Source: an uncultured Ignavibacteriota bacterium (GTDB lineage: Bacteria > Bacteroidota > Ignavibacteria > Palsa-1295). Taken from it: DNA of 64,000 nucleotides. The stretch lies in the NCBI GenBank assembly GCA_903900335.1, contig CAIUMP010000044.1:98686-162685 (forward strand). The letters are read 5' to 3'. Under the pieces are notes generated by a model. It did no database searches. It was given only the letters and a program-made list of their open reading frames with translations, and had not been told where the DNA came from. Made by a program: the position numbers and the translations under genes. Of the stretch, positions 10,607 through 19,740 are shown one piece after another (position 1 is the stretch's first letter; every line of letters starts with the position of its first letter).

Positions 10607-11817
10607 AACAGATCGAAGGCTCTCGCGCTGTCGCCGAGGCCGTTGGGCTGTGCAGACCCAAAGTCATCTGCGCCTATCCAATCACTCCGCAAACGCATAT
10701 CGTCGAAGGGCTCGGCGAGATGGTGCGAATGGAAGAGCTTGTGGACTGCGAGTTTATCAATGTCGAAAGTGAGTTCGCCGCGATGAGCGTGGCTATCGGC
10801 TCCTCGGCAACAGGCGTGCGAACGTACACGGCTACTTCCTCACAAGGTTTGCTCTATATGACCGAAGCGGTTTATAATGCAAGCGGCATGGGGCTTCCAA
10901 TCGTAATGACGCTTGGTACCCGGGCCATCGGTGCTCCAATCAATATTTGGAATGACCACTCGGACGCAATGGCCATTCGCGACGCCGGATGGATAATGCT
11001 CTTTGCGCAATCGAATCAGGAAGCGATCGATCTGCACATTCAAGCCTTCAGGATTGCGGAGACGCTTGGCGCTCCGGTTATGGTTTGTGTAGATGGCTTC
11101 ATCCTCACACACGCCTATGAACGCCTTGATATACCAGAACAAGCACAGGTTGATGCATTCGTTGGGCAGTTCATGCCTGCGTACGAACTCGACCCCAAGC
11201 ACCCAGTAACCATCGGTGCGCTTGTTGGGCCGGAGGCATACAGCGAAGTTCGCTATCTCGCACATCGCAAGCAGTTGGAAGCGCTGGAGCTTGTGCCGCA
11301 GGTTGCGGTCGAATTCGAAGCCATGTTTGCCCGCGATTCTGGCGGTCTCGTTCACACGTTTGCAACCGAAGGCGCGAAGACGATCGTCGTCGCGATGGGC
11401 TCCGTGATCGGGACCATACTCGATGTTGTCGAGGAATTGCAGCAGGACGGGCACCCCATCGGCACAATGGCTATCGCCTGTTATCGCCCATTCCCAGTAG
11501 AGGCCGTACGAGATGCGCTACTCCACGCCGAGCGCGTAATCATCATTGAAAAGAGCATCACACCTGGAATGGGTGGGCCGCTAACGGCGGATGTTCGCCT
11601 CGCACTGCATGACACTCCGATCAACATCGTGAGCGTCGTGGCGGGGCTTGGAGGTCGAGCCATCATGAAGGACTCGCTCCGTGCGCTTCTGTTACGGGCG
11701 CAGCATGACGAACAACCGGACATCACATTTCTCGATCTTAACTGGGACATGATCAGCAGCCCTCTCAATGATCTGGAATCGCGTGCTAATTACAAACGAT
11801 TGGGAACCGCGTCATGA
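10600..11817 (+). CDS. porA: 2-oxoacid:ferredoxin oxidoreductase subunit alpha
   Basis: N-terminal GSRAVAEAV...VICAYPITPQT and overall POR alpha domain architecture. 4-nt overlap with the beta subunit gene. Confidence 0.8.
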   Translation: MLKQIEGSRAVAEAVGLCRPKVICAYPITPQTHIVEGLGEMVRMEELVDCEFINVESEFAAMSVAIGSSATGVRTYTATSSQGLLYMTEAVYNASGMGLPIVMTLGTRAIGAPINIWNDHSDAMAIRDAGWIMLFAQSNQEAIDLHIQAFRIAETLGAPVMVCVDGFILTHAYERLDIPEQAQVDAFVGQFMPAYELDPKHPVTIGALVGPEAYSEVRYLAHRKQLEALELVPQVAVEFEAMFARDSGGLVHTFATEGAKTIVVAMGSVIGTILDVVEELQQDGHPIGTMAIACYRPFPVEAVRDALLHAERVIIIEKSITPGMGGPLTADVRLALHDTPINIVSVVAGLGGRAIMKDSLRALLLRAQHDEQPDITFLDLNWDMISSPLNDLESRANYKRLGTAS

Positions 11818-12824
11818 TCGAATCAACACAGAAGATCAAGTTCTATCAGACCGGCACATTCACTGCCGGAAACCGTCTCCTGGATCTCGAACAGCGCACC
11901 GTTCAATCTTCCGACGAACGAACGAACGCCATCACGTGCGGACACCGCGCGTGTCAGGGATGCGGCGAAGCACTCGGCGCACGATACGCGCTTGATGCGG
12001 CGATGCGTGCGACGAATGGCAACGTGATCGCTGTCAATGCGACGGGATGTCTGGAGGTGTTTTCGACCCCCTACCCGGAAACATCCTGGCAATTGCCGTG
12101 GCTGCACTCGCTCTTTGGCAATGCGGCTGCCGTTGCCTCCGGTGTTGCGGCGGCCTTGCGCCGTCAAGGCCGAGAGGATGTCCGTGTTATCGCACAAGGC
12201 GGTGACGGCGGCACGACGGACATCGGTTTTGCCTGCCTGAGCGGAATGTTCGAGCGCAACGACGACGTGCTCTATATCTGCTATGATAATCAGGGCTACA
12301 TGAACACTGGCGTGCAGCGATCCAGCGCGACACCACCTGCCGCACGAACAGCGACGACACCTGCCATGGGCTCGGCTCCAGGCAACCCATTCGGAATTGG
12401 CAAAGATGTTCCGCGCATCGCGATGGCGCACGAAATTCCCTATGTAGCAACAGCGACCGTGGCAGATCTGCACGATCTTGAAGAGAAAGTTACTCGTGCG
12501 ATGTCCATGCGAGGTGCGCGGTACATCCACATTTTTGTGCCATGTCCTCTTGGATGGGCACATGCGACACGGGACACGATTCGTGTTGCGCGGCTCGCTG
12601 TGGAGTCCGGCACATTTCCTGTATTCGAGGCCGAGCATGGCGAGATCGTGCGGTCGAATCCGATCCGCCGCCAAATACCCGTTGAAGAATATCTTAAGAC
12701 GCAAGGGCGCTTTGCGCATTTGTTCAAACCGACGCGCGATGACGTTCGCCTGGAAGCTCTCCAAGCCATCGCCGACAAGAATATCAAGAAGTTCAATCTT
12801 ATCCGAGAGGAGGCTGCAATATGA
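11814..12824 (+). CDS. porB: 2-oxoacid:ferredoxin oxidoreductase subunit beta (TPP-binding)
   Basis: CxGCG...GGDGG TPP-binding signature (HRACQGCGE; AQGGDGGTTDIGF). 4-nt overlap with the downstream gene. Confidence 0.8.
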   Translation: MIESTQKIKFYQTGTFTAGNRLLDLEQRTVQSSDERTNAITCGHRACQGCGEALGARYALDAAMRATNGNVIAVNATGCLEVFSTPYPETSWQLPWLHSLFGNAAAVASGVAAALRRQGREDVRVIAQGGDGGTTDIGFACLSGMFERNDDVLYICYDNQGYMNTGVQRSSATPPAARTATTPAMGSAPGNPFGIGKDVPRIAMAHEIPYVATATVADLHDLEEKVTRAMSMRGARYIHIFVPCPLGWAHATRDTIRVARLAVESGTFPVFEAEHGEIVRSNPIRRQIPVEEYLKTQGRFAHLFKPTRDDVRLEALQAIADKNIKKFNLIREEAAI

Positions 12825-14446
12825 ACGAGCATTTTGCCGTTTCGCTACCTGTCGGGACAAGCCTTGCCAATCACACCGGCGCGTGGCGCACGGAACGACC
12901 GAACTACATTGACCGACTGCCACCATGCAACAACGCGTGTCCTGCCGGTGAGAATATCCAGCAGTGGCTGTATCATGCTGAGGAAGGAAACTATCAGGCG
13001 GCATGGGAAGAGATCATGAAGAACAATCCCTTCCCCGCGATCATGGGACGGGCCTGTTATCATCCGTGCGAGACCTCCTGTAACCGCGCGCAACTTGACG
13101 AACCGGTCAGCATTCACGCGGTGGAGCGTTTCCTTGGTGACCGAGCACTCTCTGAAGGGTGGCGCGTATCGGTTAGCGCAGAGGCGAGCGGCAAGAAGGT
13201 GTTAGTGGTTGGCGCAGGCCCGAGTGGGCTTTCCGCGGCATATCATCTTGCGCGAAAGGGCCATGCAGTTACAATCGTCGAGGCGGGGCCTGTTGCCGGT
13301 GGCATGATGCGATTTGGAATTCCCGCGTATCGACTTCCGCGCAATGTTGTCAATGCTGAGATCGAGCGCATTCTTTCGCTTGGCGTGACACTTCGCTTGA
13401 ACGAGAAAGTTGAGGACATTCCTGCGCTCATGCAGCGCGAAGGCTTCGACGCTTGCTTCGTCGCGATCGGTGCCCATCTTTCCAAGCGCGTTGACATCCC
13501 CTCCCCTGATGCTGGCCGCATTCTCGATGCGCTTGGTGTGCTCCGAACGATGGAAAGTGATGCCCCAGCGCAGCTTGGACGACGCGTGATCGTTTATGGC
13601 GGCGGCAATACCGCGCTGGATGTTGCACGCACGGCGCGACGCATGGGCAACGAGGCGATCATCGTCTATCGGAGAACGCGAGACAAGATGCCCGCGCATG
13701 ATTTCGAAGTAGAAGAAGCTGTCGAAGAAGGTATCCAATTCCGATGGCTGGAGACGATCAAACACATGTCGGGAGAGTCCATCACTGTCGAGAAGATGGC
13801 ACTTGATGAGAAGGGTTTCCCGCAACCAACCGGGGAGTTCGAGGTGATCGAAGGCGACATGGTCGTGCTCGCGCTTGGGCAGGATGTGGATACTGCCGTG
13901 CTGGACACCATACCAGGGATCGAGCATGATAAGTCAGGCGTGGTGAAGGTTGGCACCAACATGATGACGGGACATCCTGGCATCTTCGCCGGAGGCGATA
14001 TGGTGCCATCAGAGCGAACCATCACCGTAGCAGTCGGTCACGGCAAAAAGGCGGCATCTAATATTGACGCTTACCTCAAAGGGATCACGATCGCACCGAA
14101 GGAAAAGCATCCTGTTGCAACAGCCGACAAACTCAATACGTGGTACTATTCGGACGCAGACAAAACCGTCCAGCCGATGCTGGATATGCTGCGCCGAAAG
14201 ACGACATTCGGCGAGGTTGTTGGCGGACTCGACGAAACGAATGCGCTTTTCGAGGCTCGGCGCTGCATGTCCTGCGGGAATTGCTTTGAGTGCGACAACT
14301 GCTTCGCCGTCTGCCCGGATAACGCGGTAATCAAACTTGGTGCTGGAAATAGATTCAAATTCAATTACGATTACTGCAAAGGATGTGGCGTTTGCGTCGC
14401 CGAGTGCCCCTGCGGGGCGATCGAAATGGTTTTGGAAGATATCTGA
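12821..14446 (+). CDS. GltD-like NAD(P)H-dependent FAD/Fe-S oxidoreductase fused to a C-terminal delta-type 2x[4Fe-4S] ferredoxin
   Basis: N-terminal Cys-rich region (CNNACPAGENIQ; CYHPCETSC). Two Rossmann GxGxxG motifs (VVGAGPSGLSAAYHLA; VYGGGNTALDVA). C-terminal CMSCGNCFECDNC...CKGCGVCVAECPCG. Sits where porD normally does. Confidence 0.7.
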   Translation: MNEHFAVSLPVGTSLANHTGAWRTERPNYIDRLPPCNNACPAGENIQQWLYHAEEGNYQAAWEEIMKNNPFPAIMGRACYHPCETSCNRAQLDEPVSIHAVERFLGDRALSEGWRVSVSAEASGKKVLVVGAGPSGLSAAYHLARKGHAVTIVEAGPVAGGMMRFGIPAYRLPRNVVNAEIERILSLGVTLRLNEKVEDIPALMQREGFDACFVAIGAHLSKRVDIPSPDAGRILDALGVLRTMESDAPAQLGRRVIVYGGGNTALDVARTARRMGNEAIIVYRRTRDKMPAHDFEVEEAVEEGIQFRWLETIKHMSGESITVEKMALDEKGFPQPTGEFEVIEGDMVVLALGQDVDTAVLDTIPGIEHDKSGVVKVGTNMMTGHPGIFAGGDMVPSERTITVAVGHGKKAASNIDAYLKGITIAPKEKHPVATADKLNTWYYSDADKTVQPMLDMLRRKTTFGEVVGGLDETNALFEARRCMSCGNCFECDNCFAVCPDNAVIKLGAGNRFKFNYDYCKGCGVCVAECPCGAIEMVLEDI

Positions 14447-14475
14447 AGTAAGAAGAATGAAGTGACTGACAGGAG

Positions 14476-14510
14476 GCCGCCTCGGGATGAGGCGGCTTTC
14501 GTGCTTTTGG
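14476..14510 (+). terminator. Rho-independent terminator after the POR/KOR operon
   Basis: gccgcctc-gggat-gaggcggc stem-loop followed by TTTCGTGCTTTTGG. Stem sequence nearly identical to the atpD terminator. Confidence 0.7.
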
Positions 14511-14599
14511 GTTGTATATTTGCACGGGAGTGGTTGAAATGTCGCCCTCGAAATTCAACCACGGTGTACGATCAACAATGACTAACATCTAATATTATT

Positions 14600-15106
14600 A
14601 TGTCCAAGATCATCAAGCAACGAATGCACGCGAAGATCGAAGGGGATTTTGTCGTCTTCATCATTGGAATGCGCGTGAACAAGCTTTGGAAGATTCACAA
14701 ATGGCTTCCGGTTGCAACCGCGATGCCGAAGATGATCGCGGAGCTTTCGAAGAATCCGGAGTCGGGGTTCCTCGGTGCTCGGCAGTCAGGGCTTTGGCTT
14801 GTACAGTACTGGCGAAGTTTCGAGCATCTCGTCGCTTATGCACGCAACCGCGACTCAAAGCACTTCCCTGCATGGGTGAAATTCAACAAGCGCGTTGGTT
14901 CGTCCGGCGATGTAGGCATCTGGCACGAGACGTTCCTTATCAAGGATGGGCAGTACGAAACCGTCTATAACAACATGCCACCCGGCGGACTCGGTAAGAT
15001 AGGTACACTCATTCCTGCAAGTGGCAAGTACGGCAGTGCCATGAGCAGAGCCGGGAGAGTGCAGAACGACGACGCGCCGATTACACCGGATGGCAGCGTT
15101 TCATAG
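14600..15106 (+). CDS. DUF4188-family protein
   Basis: 168-aa ORF. Pattern (FIIGMRVNKLW...WLVQYWRSFEHL...) recalled as DUF4188. Confidence 0.45.
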   Translation: MSKIIKQRMHAKIEGDFVVFIIGMRVNKLWKIHKWLPVATAMPKMIAELSKNPESGFLGARQSGLWLVQYWRSFEHLVAYARNRDSKHFPAWVKFNKRVGSSGDVGIWHETFLIKDGQYETVYNNMPPGGLGKIGTLIPASGKYGSAMSRAGRVQNDDAPITPDGSVS

Positions 15107-15143
15107 TGGAGCAATCTGGACACGAGTTTCGTTTGAGGCCACA

Positions 15144-16106
15144 ATGAAAACTTACCTCACCCTACTTCTCGCCATCCTTCTCGTTTCGTGCTCATCGAAG
15201 GATAATCCGAATGAGATCACCGCGTCCGGCACCATCGAGGCGACAGACGTAAACGTTGCTGCGAAAGTACCAGCTCAAATTGCCGTACTTTACGTAGATG
15301 AAGGCGCGAAGGTGGATTCCGGGAGCCTCATTGCGCTGCAGGATCATAGTTCGCTGGATATTCAGCTTCGCGAAGCAGATGCGGCAGTAAACGCTGCTCG
15401 CTCGCAGTTCGCACTGACCGAAAAAGGGGCGCGCTCGGAGGATATCAAGCAATCAGAAGAGGCTGTCAGCCAAGCACAATCGAATCGCAAGCTTGCCGCA
15501 GACGATCTTGAGCGAACGCGCAATCTCGTTAAAGGCAACGCAGCACCCACACAGCAGTTGGATATGGCGGAGAACCGCTTCCGTGTCGCGCAGAGCCAGT
15601 TGGATCAGGCGGAACAGAACGTCGAGAAGGTAAAACATCTCGCGCGCCCCGAGGACATCTCCACCGCTAGCGCTCACGTCCAGCAACTCGAAGCTACGCG
15701 AGACCGTGTGAGAAAGATGATCGATGATTCGTATATTACTTCCCCAGTGAAGGGCACGATCACCCACCGCGTTCTGGAGCAAGGGGAGCTCGCTGGCGCG
15801 GGGTCAAATGTCGTGACCGTCACCGATCTCTCGAAGGTCTATCTCATGATCTATGTTGCTGAAGGAGAACTTCCGCACATTCACCTTGGGGAGAAGGTAG
15901 ATGTAAAGGTGGATGGGTTGCCGAATAAGTCGTTCATAGGTTCGGTAACATACATCTCGCCGGAAGCCGAGTTCACGCCGAAGAATATCCAAACGAAGGA
16001 TGACCGTGTGAAGCTGGTGTTTGGTGTGAAAGTAGAGATCCCGAATCCGACGGGAGAATTGAAGAAGGGTCTACCTGCGGATGCAACAATCCATTTGAAG
16101 GGATAA
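15144..16106 (+). CDS. HlyD-family membrane-fusion lipoprotein
   Basis: Lipoprotein signal (LLAILLVSCSS). Long coiled-coil (QLREADAAVNAARSQF...). C-terminal beta-barrel/lipoyl-like segment typical of membrane fusion proteins. Track ORF starts at 15090. Confidence 0.6.
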   Translation: MKTYLTLLLAILLVSCSSKDNPNEITASGTIEATDVNVAAKVPAQIAVLYVDEGAKVDSGSLIALQDHSSLDIQLREADAAVNAARSQFALTEKGARSEDIKQSEEAVSQAQSNRKLAADDLERTRNLVKGNAAPTQQLDMAENRFRVAQSQLDQAEQNVEKVKHLARPEDISTASAHVQQLEATRDRVRKMIDDSYITSPVKGTITHRVLEQGELAGAGSNVVTVTDLSKVYLMIYVAEGELPHIHLGEKVDVKVDGLPNKSFIGSVTYISPEAEFTPKNIQTKDDRVKLVFGVKVEIPNPTGELKKGLPADATIHLKG

Positions 16107-16114
16107 GTGACGTC

Positions 16115-16576
16115 ATGATCCGGTCTGTTACTGAGGCGGATGCTGATGTTTGGGAACACCTGCGCGAGTTGTTCTGGCCGACTGATGCAGGAGAGCATGG
16201 CAGGGAGAAAGGCGAACATTCAAGAGACATTGCGAAGTACTTTAATGGGGATCGAAGAGAGCCCGCCGAGGTGCTGCTCGCCATCAATCATGCGGGGCGG
16301 GTCGTTGGGTTCACAGAACTATCGATTCGGAATATTGTCGATGGGTGCTCGACTGGGCGTGTTGCATATCTGGAAGGTTGGTTCGTTGAGGAAGAGGAGC
16401 GCGGAAAGGGATTCGGCGCAGCTCTGATGCGCGCAAGTGAGGATTGGGGACGAGCGCAAGGCTGTACGGAATTCGCATCGGATACGGAGATCACAAACGA
16501 GTTGAGTATTTCGATGCACACACGTCTGGGTTTTGAAGAGACGGGTCGCGTTGCGCAGTTTAGGAAAGAACTCTGA
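16115..16576 (+). CDS. GNAT N-acetyltransferase, AAC(6')-like
   Basis: N-terminal ...VWEHLRELFWP... and GNAT motif A (EEERGKGFGAALM), reminiscent of aminoglycoside 6'-N-acetyltransferases. Confidence 0.6.
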   Translation: MIRSVTEADADVWEHLRELFWPTDAGEHGREKGEHSRDIAKYFNGDRREPAEVLLAINHAGRVVGFTELSIRNIVDGCSTGRVAYLEGWFVEEEERGKGFGAALMRASEDWGRAQGCTEFASDTEITNELSISMHTRLGFEETGRVAQFRKEL

Positions 16577-16679
16577 GGGATCTACAAACGGGGAAGCGCT
16601 CTGGTGGGCGCGCCGAACGCGCCACATCTTGGGATTTGTCATCCCTCGTTACTCGTTACCCGTCCACCTAACGCAGAGT

Positions 16680-18410
16680 ATGCCCGACATCTTTATTTCC
16701 TACTCCCGCAAAGACTCCGCGCAAGCACTTGGGCTTGCTGATCGACTGCGTGCATCTGGGATGGATGTGTGGATCGATCAACATGGTATTGAAGCGGCAA
16801 CCGCCTGGTCGAAGGAGATCGTTGACGCGATCGACACTGCCAATGTGTTCATCCTGCTGCTCTCGGCTTCCTCGATCGGGAGTGTTAATGTCGTGCGTGA
16901 GCTTGCCATCGCCAGTGAGTCCGATAAGCCCATTTTGCCCATCGAACTCGAATCGGTTGTGCTGCCAAGCGAGTTCAAGTACCAACTTTCGGGTGTGCAG
17001 CGCGCACACTATTCTGATTTTGCGGGAATACTTCGAGCCGTAACAAGACTCATTACCTCGCAGAGGAATCCGTCAGATTCCCCTATACCGTCCCAGCATG
17101 AACCGAGTCTCGAGCCTAATGATACGCGAAAGAGCCTCATGGTTCTTCCTTTCGAAGATCTCTCCCCCGGTGCCGACAATGCCTGGTTCGCAGATGGATT
17201 GATGGGCGAGTTGATTTCATCACTCTCTCACATCAAATCCTTACGTCTCATAGACCAGCGCACATCGAGAGACTTTAAGGATGTAAAAGTTAAGCTTACT
17301 GATATTGCGAAGGAGTACGCTATTCGATACTTCATCGAAGGCTCTGTTCGCAAATTTGGTGACCAGATCAAGGTCTCTCTGACACTCCTCGATATAATAA
17401 CGGGGGATCATCTCTGGCAGTACTCTCATCGCGGGGATTTCTCTGACATCTTCGATGTGCAGGAGCAGCTTGCAGCGAAGACGGTAGAGGGGTTGCGACT
17501 TCATCTCACGTCTGACGAAGAAGTAAAACTAAAGGAGCGCGGGACAGACAATGCCGAAGCATACGAGCTGTACCTCAAAGGCAATGAGTATTATGATCGG
17601 CATACGAAAGCGACGTTTGGATATGCACTCTCCGTCTTTCGTGATGCTATTGATCTCGATCCGAAATTCGCTGAAGCCTACGTCGGCGCGGCGGACACAC
17701 TTTCAGAGACCTGGCGTGTATATGACCGTAATCCAGCCATGCTCGAAGAGGCTGAGCAACTCCTTGAGACTGCTCGAGGGCTTAAGCCATCGCTGACACG
17801 TATCCTTGATATTCTCGCTCACATTCGGCTTCGGCAGGGGCGATTTGAAGAAGCGGAGGAGTTGGCGAAGAAGTTTGTCGAGTTGGAGCCGGAGAGTCGT
17901 CTCAGCCATTTTACCCTCGGCTTTTTGTACATGGAAATCGGGCAACCCACCCGCGCGATTCCCGCCTTCGAGGCGTGTATTCGTGTTCAGCCCGACTACC
18001 TCACCGCGCGCTGGAATCTCGTGCTAACGTTCGATCGCGCTGGTGATACTGCGGGACGAATTCGAGCGGCCGAAGAAGCGATTCCACTCTTCGAAAAGCG
18101 ACTCCGCCAATTCCCGGATGACGAGGACACGCGATGCCAACTACCGAATCTACTTTTCCACGCTGGACGCAAGGTGGAGGCAAGCGTGGCGCTGGCGACC
18201 GTCACGGGACTAAAAGACGCGGGTTCATTCTATAATCTTGCGTGTCTGGCGTCGAATCTCGGAAAACACGAACTTGCAGTTCGCTACCTCAGGAACGCAC
18301 TGGAAGGTGGGTTCGCCCACAAAGAGATCTTTCGTGTAGATCCTGATCTTGAGGCGATTCGGAATCGGGATGACTTTCGAGAACTAATGGCAGAATTTCA
18401 CGTACACTAG
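16680..18410 (+). CDS. TIR-domain protein with central TolB-N-like domain and C-terminal TPR repeats
   Basis: Begins MPDIFISYSRKDS...WIDQ (bacterial TIR_2). Central LMVLPFEDLSP...WFADGLMGEL...RYFIEGSVRKFGDQIKVSLTLLDIITGDHLW block. Then TPRs. Track ORF starts at 16533, but the paralogue at 60977..62752 starts at the equivalent MPDIF. Confidence 0.65.
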   Translation: MPDIFISYSRKDSAQALGLADRLRASGMDVWIDQHGIEAATAWSKEIVDAIDTANVFILLLSASSIGSVNVVRELAIASESDKPILPIELESVVLPSEFKYQLSGVQRAHYSDFAGILRAVTRLITSQRNPSDSPIPSQHEPSLEPNDTRKSLMVLPFEDLSPGADNAWFADGLMGELISSLSHIKSLRLIDQRTSRDFKDVKVKLTDIAKEYAIRYFIEGSVRKFGDQIKVSLTLLDIITGDHLWQYSHRGDFSDIFDVQEQLAAKTVEGLRLHLTSDEEVKLKERGTDNAEAYELYLKGNEYYDRHTKATFGYALSVFRDAIDLDPKFAEAYVGAADTLSETWRVYDRNPAMLEEAEQLLETARGLKPSLTRILDILAHIRLRQGRFEEAEELAKKFVELEPESRLSHFTLGFLYMEIGQPTRAIPAFEACIRVQPDYLTARWNLVLTFDRAGDTAGRIRAAEEAIPLFEKRLRQFPDDEDTRCQLPNLLFHAGRKVEASVALATVTGLKDAGSFYNLACLASNLGKHELAVRYLRNALEGGFAHKEIFRVDPDLEAIRNRDDFRELMAEFHVH

Positions 18411-18508
18411 GTAAATGCTGGCGCGGAACTCCATGATTCCTCATGAGCCGCGAATCACAATCTCCTCCCGAAAGCCAGTTGTTCTGAGATTCTCATTGAC
18501 ACACCACT

Positions 18509-18955
18509 ATGAAAGAATTTACCTTTAGCGCATCGCTCTGGTTGCCGGCTCCCTTGGAGCAAGTCTTCGAATTCTTCTCAGACGCCAAGAATCTCCAGCG
18601 CATCACTCCACCCTGGGTGGGCTTCGAGGTCCTGACGCCAGCTCCAATCACGTTGCAGGTGGGCACGATAATTGACTATCGAATTAAGATTCACGGCTTT
18701 CCAGTCCGTTGGCGGACAGAGATCCGTAACTGGGCTCCTCCCCACCGATTCTCGGACGTTCAACTTCGTGGACCGTATCGATTGTGGGATCATACGCACA
18801 CATTCGAGGCGGTCGACGGAGGAACATTGTGCAAGGATGAAGTTCGCTACAGACCACTCGGAGGCGCGCTGGTAAACGCACTCTTCGTGCGGCGAGATGT
18901 GGAAAAGATCTTTGCCTACCGTACAGAAGCACTTTCAAAGATCTTCAAGAATTGA
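18509..18955 (+). CDS. SRPBCC-superfamily (cyclase/dehydrase-like) ligand-binding protein
   Basis: 148 aa. N-terminal FTFSASLWLPAPLEQVFEFFSDAKNL typical of the Bet v1-like fold. Confidence 0.5.
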   Translation: MKEFTFSASLWLPAPLEQVFEFFSDAKNLQRITPPWVGFEVLTPAPITLQVGTIIDYRIKIHGFPVRWRTEIRNWAPPHRFSDVQLRGPYRLWDHTHTFEAVDGGTLCKDEVRYRPLGGALVNALFVRRDVEKIFAYRTEALSKIFKN

Positions 18956-19040
18956 ACGGGGCGGCCCATACGCGTAACAGGTACGAAGGCGTTGAGGTAC
19001 CCACGTCAGGTATTGCTGGTACCACATTCTGATCACACTT

Positions 19041-19577
19041 ATGGCAACCATTCCGGGCACACTTCTCGTGAGTTGCATCGTAGTTCTTACGTTTTGGGGC
19101 TGCTCTACGTCGAACAGGGCGCTCCCCGTCGTGCCGTCAGTAGACCTTGAGAAGTACTCCGGGCAGTGGTACGAAATCATGCGGCTACCGCACGGTTTCG
19201 AATCAGGTTTGAAGTGCGTAACTGCAACTTACTCCCTCAAGCCCAACGGTGACATCAACGTGTTGAACTCAGGGCACAAGATCTACGAACCTTCGCAAGT
19301 TAAGACCGCGACCGGGACAGCATGGATACCCGACGCTTCCGAGCCAGCAAAATTAAAAGTACGATTCTTTTGGCCGTTCTCGGGCAATTACTGGATCATT
19401 GCGCTCGACCCTAATTACCGCCATGTTATGATCGGGGATCCATCGAGAGAGTACCTCTGGATCTTATGTCGAGAGAAAATGCTCCCAGACTCAACTCTTC
19501 AGTTGCTACTCTCACAGGCAACCGCGCAGGGTTTCGACGTCTCCAAGCTCGAACGCGTCTCCCAAGATTGCAATTGA
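19041..19577 (+). CDS. blc: Bacterial lipocalin (Blc-like) lipoprotein
   Basis: Lipobox FWGCS. Lipocalin SCR1 motif YSGQWYEIMRLP. Confidence 0.7.
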   Translation: MATIPGTLLVSCIVVLTFWGCSTSNRALPVVPSVDLEKYSGQWYEIMRLPHGFESGLKCVTATYSLKPNGDINVLNSGHKIYEPSQVKTATGTAWIPDASEPAKLKVRFFWPFSGNYWIIALDPNYRHVMIGDPSREYLWILCREKMLPDSTLQLLLSQATAQGFDVSKLERVSQDCN

Positions 19578-19740
19578 CTCTCCACGGGAGCCCATTTGAG
19601 TACTCGGCGGGGTGTAATCCAAGGATCCGTGTCTGGCGCGGCGCACTTATTACGGTCGAAACATTGTTCGTCGAAACGAGCAGTGATCGGCGTTCGTCGC
19701 CGTGACATTCATACAAATAACTAAAAGAACGTAAGATAAA

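Noticed and set aside
11823-13004. 393-aa minus-strand ORF
   Set aside because: Antisense to porB and the GltD-like gene. Cys/Arg-rich low-complexity translation with no motifs.
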